In this document: positions 14,401 to 28,100 of the stretch, one piece after another
Numbering within the stretch: position 1 is the first letter of the stretch
Layout of the letters: each line of letters starts with the position of its first letter
Assembly: GCA_040954595.2 (NCBI GenBank)
Contig: CM082584.2
Span: forward strand, 13,571,337 to 13,635,336
DNA: 64,000 nt
Source of the DNA: Balanoglossus misakiensis
Lineage: Eukaryota; Animalia; Hemichordata
Direction of reading: 5' to 3'
Position numbers and translations under genes: made by a program
Notes under the pieces: model-generated
Databases searched by the model: none
Told to the model about the DNA's origin: nothing
Seen by the model: only the letters and a program-made list of their open reading frames with translations

Positions 14401-16121
14401 GTGTGTCACTTTACTCCATCTGACAAAATCGTAAAGCCCGCCCTGGAAGTAGTCCCTGTCTTCCTCGCTAGCCAAGTTAAGTCAACATATCGAGACCACA
14501 GACAGTCTGAAAGAAGCATTTTTGTGGAATTAAAACATATTACAGTTAAATGGATAGGCCGTCTTAAATAAACTTATTAAAATTTCATGCCACTAGGTTC
14601 ATTCTGTAGTCAGTGAACATCATAGCATTGTGACTAAAAGATTCATTCCATAGAATTGTCCAAGATTGATAGAAAAGGTTTTTCTTGTCGCTCGGAAAAT
14701 CATTTATCTCATCTCCGTTTTCAATTTTCTAAAATTACTTCCCCAATATAATAATGTAGTTGGCTGGCTTTCATCATAAAAAATCCCGCGTATTTTTTAC
14801 CAATTCTTTGAATAATTATATTCTTCTTTGCAATACCCTCAATAGAATGAAACTCGCTTTCATTTCTATGCATTCGTCAGACTCAGCAAAGTCAATGTTT
14901 TGTAATATGCAATTGGCAAACTATGCCATTCACGGGCTACTCTCAGCTGCAATGTTAAACTTACAAATGTGACAGAAGGACTGTACACAGAACAAACCCC
15001 AAAATTGTGATGTATTGCATATGCTAACATGGCTTGCGTGTTCTTGATTGCCCAATGCCCTTGTTTCTAAATGAGTCTTTACATCCGTATTTTCCAAACC
15101 AAGTTTGCCGCTGTACGTCGTGATATGCGTTCAAAGTGAAATGTTTTCAACGAAAACGTGATATGTACTATGGACGCAATGGTCTCACTCTGAAAGACAT
15201 GAACACTTAACCCCACAACAATTCTAAATACTAGCGAAATGCCCTACACAAGGAAATATACAGACATACAAGAGGTTTTCGCGAGTGTTTGTAGTACAGC
15301 GCAGCAGTAAGCCTTGAGATTAATTTAAATCACAGAGGAGATCCGAAATGAAGATGATGGAAATTGCAGTCGATAAATAGTGACATGCTGTGACAGAGAG
15401 CATGAAAACAAATCTTGGCAACAGATACAGTCTTGTTAGAAACATCGAAAGAGCTTGCGCTGTACCGCACGGGTGGGCGAGTTGTGAAGCCTAACAACCT
15501 GGGAGTTGAAATACCCCCTCGAGAAATATAGGCGTCGATGGGAATAGCAGTTCTAAAGTTTCAGTTTAGAAGAGGTTTTATTGGGAATAATAATACTAAA
15601 GAGTGAAGCATCTGCCAGAGTATTGAATTATTGTCAATTTCCCTCCTCGTCGTTTTAGATCGGCTTTGTTGCCGCCGTTAAGCCGTTTCGCGTCGCGCGA
15701 AAACCTCTCACAATTTGCGCACACATTCTGTAAGGGGACCCGGTGCAGAAACCCCTTGGAAATAATCCAGCCGTAAAACGGAAAGACGCATGACGTCAGA
15801 AAAGAAAAGAGTGGCGCTGAAAGGAAGTGCACATGTGGCAGAGAAGGAGGCAGGTGTGTTTGGCATTTGCAATTAACAAAAGTATGAGACATTATCCTAT
15901 AATGGAGGGTTCCACTCGTATAAGAGAACAGCATACCATACGAAATGAACTTAATACATTTTCACCAAGGGAGTTACGACTGACATGAAAATCTGAATAT
16001 TAGCTCTCCAATTTCATACATACAGTGTACCTACATTTGTCGTATGTCATCTGGCGAGAAAAACCCTCCGTGAGCTATTTCCAGACTGCTGATGATCTGC
16101 GGATATCAAGAATAAACATGG

Positions 16122-16171
<50 letters not shown>

Positions 16172-19100
16172 ACCACCAGCATGAGTTGCAAAAATATAAA
16201 AAACATACACATGTATACATTCAGTTATTATTCTCGATACCTCTTCAAGGTCCAGAAAGCCATCGTGGTTTTCATCTAATCCTTTAAAAAGGTCTTCCAT
16301 TTCCATGTCGATTTCTTCCGCTTCTTCATCGTATTCTTCCATATCTTCAAGTGTTGTGCTGTTTAATAATTCTTTCGTTTGAGCCAAACTGACGATGTGA
16401 TCGCAATCTTCATCTGACAGAAATTTTGGTATTTCTAATAAAGCAAACAAGAAGGGATATCTTGTTATTACCGTTCACCGCTTCCTGTATCTGTGTTTGT
16501 TGAATTGTTTAAATTTTGACTTTCTGAAGCCTTTAGAAAAGTTAGAGTTCTCCATGTAATTGAAATAGAGTTGATTTGAAAGGGAAGCGAAGTAAAATTG
16601 GTGAGTCACGTGGTTCAAAGAGATGTAGACCTAAACATTCACTGGTCGTCTGAAACGTGTATGTCTGTTTTTCATAGTGACACAAAGATGTAAAAAGCGG
16701 CGGGTTTATTTGCTTAACACTCCTACAGATTTTGCAGGCCCCACTCCGTTTAATCAAATCGGGGCTTCGTAATACGCCGTCGCCGACGGTGCGAGTAACG
16801 CATTGTGACATCTCATCAAACACATCGAAAGAGAACAGGCGTCCAAATGACGTGTACTTGAAACGCACCGGGGTCAACGAGGTCACCTAGGTGCCACTTA
16901 AACTCACTTACCAAATAGCAAAGGTTGCATACTCCGCGTTATTACAGTGTACATCTGTCCTGGCGAAAGCTCTAATTCCTGTTTATGACCAATCTGAAGG
17001 ACAGAAAAAGGAAAATAACATAATATTTTGTTTGGAACATTTTAACATGCGTCTGACTGTTTTGTTGTTGTTTACAACAAATATTCGTTGACTGGTGCAG
17101 CATATTAGTCGGTTCGTGTTTGAGAATTCGACCCTGCAATATACGCCTCTATGACGCCCCTTTGAAGCATCGCCTTTTTCTTTACATTCTCATAATGCGC
17201 ACTCACGTTCCAACGAGGCTTACAGAATAATTTGTATATAAACGAAAGATGCAGTGTTCAAAAACATCAAACGATTTTCGCTCGTGACTATACATAAATG
17301 AAGCAAACTAAATCAATGCGCAAATAATAATAGCGTACGTGATTTTGGTTGGACTCCCCCCTCTCTCCGCATCGCTTCAACGCCGCGCCTCTGTTCGTTA
17401 AATTTCGCAAAACTGAATCTTCATTCAAATCTCGTGCAGATAAAATGTTTCAAATTGTTAGTTTTATGCACGCATGCTCATATCACTAAATGGGGATATT
17501 TGCAAGCAACAAAGATTTTCCTCTGGGTGATATTCTACAATCTTCCAAATTTACTCCAAGTGAACTAACATATGGAATGTTTGTAGAAGAGTGACTCGAT
17601 CTTCAGGGCACACGCGTGTACTTAATAAGGTAGATTCCGCGCAGTGCCACGGAGTTGGAAGAAAATAACCATTTACTAGGGTAATAACCCTTGCTTCTTT
17701 ACAGTGAAATCGTTCGTGTTTACTGCTGGTGCGATGTGGCCATCAGCGCATTGGGTCAATTTAAAACTCCTTGTAAATGATTCTTTGGGGAATTCTTAAA
17801 CTATACAAGATTTCTCTGGTGACACTGCAGAATATCGTTCTTTTGAGATGTGGCACACTTACTTAATAAAATATTCAAAAAGGTTGAAATTGGCTTAGCT
17901 TCAGTTTCACGGCCATCGGCTGTATTCGTATATTGCGTTATTTGACGCCATTACAATCGCGCACTGGCCGAGAAGACCCCCTAACTCGGCAGCTGTGATG
18001 TCGACTTACATATAATGAAGTTTTTTGAAGACAGGAACATGAAAGGTGATTTGCTCGATATGAAAAGGGTCGTTAGGGAATGCTACGCGGATTATTCCGT
18101 TCATAATAAGCCGATTACAGTCAGAGAAATTTCAGATTTTTTCCGTGTTGTGTTTTCCTAGTATGGATTACCAGTCGCTGACGTCAGTTGGTGAACACAA
18201 TGTAGAATATCTCTATTTCAGGCCTTCAATGCCATTTCGCTCATAAGCGTCTTACAAATTCAATTTAAAAGAATTAGAAATACCGTGAATCTGTCTATAC
18301 AAAATGTCAGTGTCGGTAGCTTTGTGATAAAAAAATGTGCATAACATATCATTCCCCAGTCTCCCATATTGCATCATTGATCGTTAAAGTCCAGATTCAG
18401 GAAAAGTAGCTTAGACCAGAGAGAGGTTTTCCTTCCCCTCGCCATTCTAATTTTTCCGATTTGATAATATTTTTTTCCGATGGAAAGTGCCACACTGCTG
18501 TTCCTTCCTGATGGCGTTATTTAGTCTCGCACCTCATTAAATGTTTAAACTGTGACCTATTTCGTACACATGATAGCTGACGCCATGATATTGGTACCAT
18601 TCAGTATCCACAATCGCATTGATTGTGTTCTAAAACAAGAACCAAATATATACCTTAAGCTGATTGATATTTATAAGCCACGCCGAAAGGCATGTTAGAT
18701 TCAATATTTGTCGATAACAACGATGGTACTCTGTGATGTTTTAACAACTCTGCATATGAGCGGGAATCGTGATATGATGTACTACACCTTTTTTATATCC
18801 AATTATCTATGTGTAAATGAACACAAGTGTAGCATATCTAGAAGTCGAATTGACTGATAATGCCATTTGATGGTTTGTGACACACTGTTTTCTAGGTTAA
18901 CCGACATAACCATGGTTATTGTGCTAGATGGCCTAAAAACCATTGAAGCGGAAGACAGTGGCACCGAATGGCATGGACATTACCTAACAGCATCCTAACT
19001 ACGTTCCCTTTTTATGCCATTTTTCTGACCGGTATCAGCGAATGAACATTTGAAAGAAAACCAGGGAAAAACCTAAGGTCATTTGTGTTAATGATGCGTT

Positions 19101-22100
19101 ATCTTGTACTTTACCCTAAAGTTGCTTTCGCCATCACGATGAAAGCTTCAACTATTCTTTAATTTCAAAGTGGGCGCACCTCAGTTAACATCATCATGGC
19201 GTCGATAATCCTGAGATGTGCAAGATAAAAACTGAAAGATCTCCGGATAAGATCAGTGATTTCATATTTAACCGCTCATCGGGAAATTTCTCCAGGCGAA
19301 CGTTGATTGCACCGGCTGGCTGATTTCTATCGCTGTTGCATCTCGGTGTAGTAGACACTCTCCATTCTACACGGACATCTCAGAAGATGCCAAGATAAAT
19401 TGCCCAGCAATTCAATTCTATTTTGATACACAAGTGTTATCATAAATGTCACATGTTTAATTGTAACCTTTATCCACGTCATAACCTATACTGCCGTGAA
19501 ACTTCAAACTGTTTTTATGTTTCTAAAATATTCCCCATGATCAGTAACATTTTGTTATGAGAAGAACTTCGGTCGATCGGACACAGGAGTCCCTAGACGG
19601 CAAATGGACAAGATGACATCGGTGGCTTTACATTTTCTTGCCGCCGAGAGACCCGCAGAATTAGCGATGAAATCCACAAGGAAACCATGGAAACGCCATA
19701 GATCGATCTTATACAACTTCAATTATGACTCATCTTACGTCACTACACAAAAACTTATGACGTCACTACACAAAAACTTATTGAGTCGAGATGTCAACTT
19801 GTCGGAAATTAGCTGAACAAATTGTAAACGAATCCTCCCAATTATCCATCAAATTGAGACAACAAATCAATTTTACATCATCAATTGCCCAGAATGTGTA
19901 TGCATTGGAAAATGATATGCCACTATCGGATGTAACAACGACCACTTCTGTTTTACTTAACTCGTTAATTGCGTTCATAATTTTGCATATTTTGCCTGCG
20001 TGTTGTGCAATGACTTCCTTGTAACGTCGGCATGGCTGCAAGGTGCAAGAATTAGATTTTATTTCCAAGCACTTAAATGTTGAGACTAAAAAGAACACAT
20101 GAAACAGCCGGGATTACCAAGTCTACGATAAAATACACATGCACTTGCTTAACTTCAAATCCCTAAATCAAGTGTCCATTTCCGTCTCACTCTACTTTCC
20201 CGTTCTCTTCACGGGTCATTACCGGATCTAACCTTTAATGGTTCGGCAAGAAGACCATTACAGATTCATTAATTGAAATGCGCTATGGTCAAAATCTCCC
20301 GTTTTCCACTCACAATAGCGACGTTAACCACTGCAGAATAAAACCTCCCATGCATTCACTGGAGATGGGAAAATTGGATCTGACTGTCAGTGGAATCTCA
20401 TTTGTCTGTCTGAAGTATCCTTGGAAGTTTCTCATAGAAAAGCCGACCATTTTTCGAAAATTATAAGTGCACTGACATCTGAATCTCAGGTGGTTAGCAT
20501 CGAGCTACGATGAATGCGGCGCTCAATATTGGATATCCTTTATGTTTCTGACTGTACGTGCTATCACAAAGTTCCTGCTACATTATTCCCCGTAGCGCAA
20601 GAAATATGATATCTACATATCTGATATGACAAAGAGTGACTGGGAAGAATGAATGCAACATATTAAAGCATAGATATCGAGGAGACAGACTTTGATGAAA
20701 TAATTTACACATGCGTAAATGTAACAACTATAGACAGTGTGTTATCGTCGTTCCCAGTCCTGATTGTGGCATACCCGCAGCAAACACTGCCTTATTTTTC
20801 AACCAAACGCTTTATTGGCATACGTAATCACCAAGTGGTATGAAGATGTTTGGTCAAATAGTGTTCGCATTTTACCTTTATGAGGGAGTTTTGGGTTTCA
20901 CAAGGTTTGGGATAAGTGGTCCACAATGCCAATGTTGCCACGACTTCGGCCGCAAGGCAAAACTCAAGTCACGCTTTGACATTTTGCTGGCGAAAACGAA
21001 AAAAAATACGGGGTCTAGCTGCTCTATGAAGGTAATTCCACCCAATCAGGGGCCAATGTGATTACCCGGGTTAACAATGTTCAAAATCAATGTGGGACTC
21101 GATCTGTCGTCGTTTCCACAGCTGTAATGCAAATCTCTTATATCGACCGAAAAGAAAACTTGGAGAAAGTGAATTACATGTACTCATATAGAAACGTCAA
21201 TGAAAGGCACAATGTTTCTTCCTGCATGTTCACATTTACTCGAACAGAACATTTCGATTTTTATTCCTACATGTAGTAACATATAACAGAGGCATAGATA
21301 TTTTGTACTAAATTCCGAAAATATAAAAAAGAAAATGAGAATATTTTCAATTTATACCGATCGCACACCCCTAAGTGAAATTTGCGGATTTTTCAGGTCA
21401 AAAGTTTATACATGTAATTTATCACCATGCATGGCTCACAGTTTGACAAGCTAATATTTCTGAATTCGCTCGACTTGGCGAATTGAGGTGGCGTCTGCGT
21501 AGGTGTGAGATTGCCTTTCCTTCGTCACTTTACACGACACTGTATTTCAATTAGTTAACATGGCTGTCGCGCATGCCATTAGACCGCAGGCAGAGATATA
21601 AGATTTCCAGGTTATTTGTTTGAGATAACCGTAATTATATGTTACTTTTATGCGAGGAAAAAAGTCAACAACCCAATTTGCGCTGAGGTAACAAGAATGC
21701 GAAAGCAGTGTTATCAATTCGCATCGCTAGATAGAGTGGGTCTCTCTTGGGCTTCAAAGCATTACACCGAAGCCGTCAGTTCGACTGGCATTCGCATGTG
21801 AAATCTCGCATGTTGTGTAATTAACGTTTCGGTATCGCGTTACACCGATATCTGGAAATGAGTGAGGATTTTTGTCATTGCCATTCAGATGGCGTGGACA
21901 CTACCTGCAACCATTACGCAGGTAGTCCAGTAATTGGCGTTGAAAATTGCACATCCAGAGGGTAAACACCAATGCATTCTCAACCCTGTTCCAGATAATT
22001 GGAAATATGACACTGTGCTGAAAGTTCCATTAGTGTCTGATGAATATAATATACTCCACGACTTGTGACATATTCTGAAGTAGAAATGAAGAACCCTTGC

Positions 22101-25100
22101 TTTAAAATGTCTGGCCACGCGGCGCTCATGGTGAACAGCGAACATAAAACGCAAATGACATTACCAGACATGCACAATGTACTGCAAGAAACTCACATAT
22201 TTGCATTTAAACAGTTGTGTCCCAATATGTCCTATTGGAAACACGCTTCACCATTCTGCGATTATTATAAGAAGTCTGACCCCCCCCCCCCCCCAATGTA
22301 TGTATTCACCAACTTTAATATCGAAAGATATGTTGATTTGGTAAGGAAGGATTAAAGCTTTAAAAGCGCGATTATGAACTGAAGAAAGATTAATCCACCC
22401 TGTGGTCAGATAAAGGTAATCCTACTGCGACTGTTAATCTGAAGATTCCTCGTATACCTATAGGCAAAGCGCAGTCATTGTCTGTTAGGAGAATAACAGT
22501 CACAACGCCCTACGTGGATCAAACTTAAGATGGCACCCTTAGCTATAAACATTAAAGGTTTATTTCTTGAAATTTTCATAACATCTCTCTATAGGCAGTG
22601 AAATATTCCTAGCGGGTAGTTCTTAAGCACCAAGCACGATATATAGGAAGCAGCGGATCACAACAAGGTCAAAGGGCACGGGAGAAGAATCACTGGAGGC
22701 CTTTCCACTTTCGGTAAAGCCTGGCTTAAATGATCTCCTCACGTGACAACCATTTCAATCATCTTTTTATATCCAAGCTACACTATTGAATACTGAAAAA
22801 CATGTTAGAGAGGCCATACCTTGCAGGAAGTGACTTTAACCACCGTTACCATGGAAAATGGTTAGTCGGTATTTCTTAGCCTAACATTGTGTCGATGTCA
22901 TCACGTGACAACCAAACACAAAGTGACAAGAGAAAAACAAACAAAAGAGTGATGGAAGCCGAACCAGTGTATCCTATTTGTTGTACTCCTTGCTTGCCGA
23001 AAGAATGGACCCTTCCATCGCAGTTCAAGAATCCTACTCCGTACAACTCAGTCAGGGAAATAAGGAAATAAGATGTCATTATTCACGTGATATCTGAAAG
23101 CAAAGTAGACCACGGCTCCGTAATATCTTTTCATTACGCTGACAGCAGCGTGTCAGCTTGTAGAAGATCGTGAAAAATGAAAGCCTGGCTATAAGAGGAT
23201 TTTGGAGTAAGACAAATGCTAATGTTGATTCGAGGTAGCAGCGCAAATGTTCCATAGCAGGTAATGAGCTCAGATGGCCCACGGGCAAAAAGACAGCATG
23301 CTGCAAGCGAAATAAAAGTATTAGACATACTGAACATCTTTCCAGGGAGAAACAACGAAGCGTACCCTGTCCCTGTTTGCTCACAAAAATGTATTCATAA
23401 ATGAAACCAAAATGGAGTTGCATAAGCACACCTTCTGCCATTGCAGTGCTTGGCATTTAAGAGTAAAGAGTAAATAACCAGGTTTTGACATTTCATGTTC
23501 CAGTGTGGAGTTTATCTGCGCATTGCATTTATTACATCAAAATCTATATACTGCATGTCAAAACAGCAAAAACACGATGAAGCCGCTGAAGTACAAAATA
23601 AAATGCCCATATGTTTAGTTGACGCAACTGTCGAAATGGTCACAAAGCCTCCTCAATCGCTGAAGATGTCAAACTTTTTTTTTGAGATCGTGACACTCAA
23701 GGAGAGGTTTACTTGGTGTTTTGGAGTAGAACACAATATGAGTACTTAGCTGAGTCTTTGAAAAGTGACGCGAGACTCAAAACACGTGATAACAAATATT
23801 CCTTACACACTTGCAACATCGTTTGGGATGTCTGAGATACTCATCATCGTATCCGTCAGTTCCGAATCACGATTCAATGCATTGAGTACAATGAATCGTG
23901 AAATGTAAGATTTAATGGGGAAGACCCAAAAGAAGGGTTTTTCTGTCAAATTGTGTCCACTGTGCAGATACGATAATACGAACAATGCATCACTGTCGTG
24001 TACGTTACAGTCATAGACGTGTATTAAATTTCAATTTCCACTGCTTCTATTTCCCAATGCATTTGGCCTACCTAAAGTATCACACTTTAAAAACCCAAGC
24101 TACGTTTACTCTGATATTTGTGCCGAAATTCCTCCCTTTACACGCACTGTCTGACCGCAAATCAATATCGAATCACGTGCTTCTATGATTGAGCTTCGAC
24201 TATGTTAAAGGTACTCAGTCATCTCTATTTATAAATATGCCCATTTTTTTACTAGATTTGCGTTTCTGGGTGTTCTAAAGAACATGTGTTAGTGCACCCT
24301 TTTTAGTGTGAGCCACCCACTGAAAATCAGTGACTGGTTGTATTTCAATTTTCCATGCATGGCAACAGTGGTCCAACTTGCATAAGAGACCGTATATACC
24401 TTGAATGCTCTGTGTTTAATTTTAGCTTTGACATCGTTATGCCTTATTTCCCAAAGGTTTTCTCCTTTGTTGAATTGTGGCCTTTTATAATATGTCATGT
24501 CCCTAGGTTGCCATTAATCACAAAAAGCGTAATACTAACTCTGCTTTCCTTATACGACATTCGGAGATTATTTTAAATTTAAATCTTCCCTTCTAATTCT
24601 CAGTAATCCACACTCGCTTTTGGAACATACGAGTTGCACCCTCAGAGCAATCCCGATACTTGCATTGCGATTCGAAATCATGTCTCGAAATGAGAAGATA
24701 CTGAGATAATGTTAGGTCATCTTCTTATACCCCTAGTACAAAAAGTTTATCCTTAATTGTAGATAGAAAAAAACAGAAAGTAGGCAGTCATTACTGATTG
24801 ATATATGTTGGCTATCACATATGGGGCAGGATAAGCTTACTATTTTCGAAACACCTGACATACTAGTAAATACGTAATCAGATATGCCACCAGCACCTAG
24901 CAACGAATGAATGAACGCACGCGTGCATACACTCGTGCGTGTATGAAAGATAATGCATCTATTAGACACAAATGAACGCAAGCATGGATAGAATAATAAC
25001 ATCGTTAACGTGCTAACATTTACATTTCACGAGTAATTACCGCCTTAAATACATCTACTCCGTTGGTCACTTTTTCAATTTTCTCGTTAAACGCAGGGTA

Positions 25101-28100
25101 GTAAAAACTCTAGCAGACTCGGTATGCTTGCACACCGGTATATTGCCTTAAGCATTTGATGAGCATGGCCATAATCTAAATAATGGATTATATAAATTGA
25201 AATATGGAAAGCATATTGCACATTTTGCCCGAAACCTGAGACGTATAATTACAAATGCCCCTAACGGCCAAGAAGCTTTATTACTTAATTTAAATCCAGG
25301 CTACTTTTCCGTCCGTTTTCTAATATCCAATTTAATCGATTTTCGTTCCTAGTACAGCTACTTAAAGACATTTTGCCATTAACCCGACCTTTATTGCTGA
25401 AATGTACCTGGAACAAATCCTGAAATTTGCTATCAACTTACATTAAATTGAAGAATCAAAAGCCTTTCAAAAATTCGATTTATCACAAACACGTCATAGG
25501 TACATCTGCCTGCTTCCCTTAGAGCGATGCTATGATTAAGGTACCATGCAGGTAGTCAGCTAAATTGAGAACTCACCAAATACACTCATACTTTTAGGCA
25601 CAGACAGACAGACCGAGAGACAGACAAACCTTAAAGACAGACAGACAGATGTATAATCTGGTGTATATATCGCATCCTGGTTGGTTCTACTACTGACATT
25701 TAGCAAATTTGAATCGACTATTTTTACAGAGAAAAGTGGACAAACTATACAAAGCGAGCGCACATTAACACTACACAACAACTGTAATAAGTAATCCATG
25801 AGCAGCCACAGGGCTTGTTTTATTAATTTAGCACCAATTCACTTTTGAATAGCCCACGCAGTCGCGTACTGCTGCACAACCCGGTGAGAGGGATGCCTGG
25901 CTGAAATAGAAACGAGACCTAGGTAGTCTTTTATTTTATAACCTATACCTGGATGACAAACGTATCACAGCCAAAGACTGAACAATGATATGGGCACGAA
26001 TGTTTCATTGATCAGATAGGAACCATCGATTCACAGTGCAAAGTCTCAGTTGCTGCACGTTCCTTTACTCACAAAAAGAATAACGACAACCTCTCTTAGT
26101 TCCAGATTGACACTTCGGTCCCTTCCAGTAACAGCATGATACAATCGATTGACTGGGTAATCGGGCGGGTCAAATCTTGGCCCGGGAGAGCATTAAAAAG
26201 CGTCAATGAACCAATACTTCACGTGAGAACTGAGCTACTATATTATCATCTACGTCATATCCGAGGCCATGTCCACCCAAGGTAGTACATTGTGTCTGTT
26301 CTTTCCACGTTTCACGCAGAAAATTGTGAGGTTATCGACTTGTGGGCAGTAAGAGTAAAATTGATCCAAACGAAACCTCAAATACTGAGATAATTAAATA
26401 CAGACGATCGATATATACTGAGATGTGTAAAGCAGACTCGCTTGAATTAATCCAAACTTTGAAGTCCAAATTAAAATCGCGATAGCTTGGCATTTCCATT
26501 CAAGCTTGAATTATGAAATTATGCTCCAAAGCTCACATTTATCATAGTTTTATTTCATCATTTTGAAAACTTCAGGCAAGAATTTTCTACGGTAATCATG
26601 ATCGGGTGAGCTGGGTGATGAATTTGCACCCTCGGGGTAAATTGTTGTTATCGATTGATGAATGTAGTATGTCTTGAACCTCAATCTGATGACTAAATCT
26701 CGCTGTATCCCCTTGGTTACTTCACCTTTCCTTGCTTGAGATTTTTCATATCGTCGGTTTATTCTTGGTATATGTCATGCCAACAAGCACAATATGTTAT
26801 AATTGCAGAGAACGATGTTATGTCTTCAATACGTTGTCATTAAAAAAACGAAGACAATCAGTACTGAACAACCAAAAGTCACAGATTTTGCAAAACAACG
26901 AAAAACCACAACCAGAGAATAGCAGATGATTTGCCACATTTAAGGAGAAAAAACAGCTGTAATCGAATACTTTACTCAACACAACCAGCTCACATACCTC
27001 ACTCGAACTCACACCGCAAGCAGATATCGTTGAAAACGCGAATGAGGCATCAATGGAATAAAAGCGGCGTGTCTGCTTGCTTCTTTGGTAAGAACAACGG
27101 GAATATTTACAAGACGGTGTATACAAAGCGAGTGCTATCGGGATACACATAAGATGATGTATTCAAAGGAATGGGACACTAGTAGAAAGAAGGCTTTTTG
27201 TGCCATTGAAGACAAAACTCATGGATTCATTTCCTGGGGCGTCACATTTATTGTGTTGGAAGAGACTTCTAGTATCTGAGCAAAATGTAAGTCTTCGCGT
27301 TCATAAATGACACCTACTTGGGCTTCTCAAAAGAATGTGATTACGTTTTTCAATTTTCTCATCAGACACTGCACAAACAAAATAGGCTTTGTCTAAAAAC
27401 ACTCAAAAGCTGGGATAAGACTTAACAACCTGGGCTATCTTCAGATACAAACTATTTCTCACTATCTCTAATGAAACATGAAGTACATGCATTTCACTTT
27501 CTTCTTTGATTCTGCACAACAATACAGAAAACATATATTTTTTGTCAATCCCAGACTTCAATAAATGGTACAATGGCTTGGTTGATGTAGTCTGCGATTT
27601 TTGCATCTTTCTTTTAAAATCAGTCTGCCCAAACGCACCTATATTACGATATTCAACATGCCTACATGACGCGGCAATATTGCACAATCACGCTGTTGCG
27701 ACAAAATATAATTAAGCAACGCTACGTATTGAGACGGCGTAATAAAAGAAATACGATACACGAAAGTAATGAAATTTGAACCATACATAAATGTGTATAC
27801 ATGTAATATGCTTCATGGAATACACTGCCTAATGGAACTCATTCTTATAACTTTAATGTCATATACTTTGCACATGCAGCGGAAATTGGACCTCGGAAAT
27901 ATTATTCAATGAATGACAGTTAGATATCATTACTACACATCGTAATATGAGACAAGACACGGTCCAATATTGATGTCCATCCATATCAGTTATTTTTGGA
28001 CAGGTAATCCTAGATCTGTCATTCATTATCACATGAAATATCACAACGCGCTTGAGAGCTGAAGTCTATCGTTTGATCAAAAACGAAGCTGGAACTATCA

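Noticed and set aside
15191-15200. TGAAAGACAT, resembling the start of miR-71
   Set aside because: Only 10 nt match; no downstream star arm.
16025-16279. Poly-His ORF (and poly-Met on the opposite strand)
   Set aside because: Translation artefact of an intronic (CAT)n microsatellite.
25963-25980. TATCACAGCCA, resembling the miR-2 family 5' end
   Set aside because: The match stops after about 11 nt and the flanks do not form a convincing pre-miRNA hairpin.
26732-27279. Cluster of short + strand ORFs in P4HTM intron 1 as a nested gene
   Set aside because: No recognisable motifs, weak acceptor, and no phase-consistent exon chain could be built.
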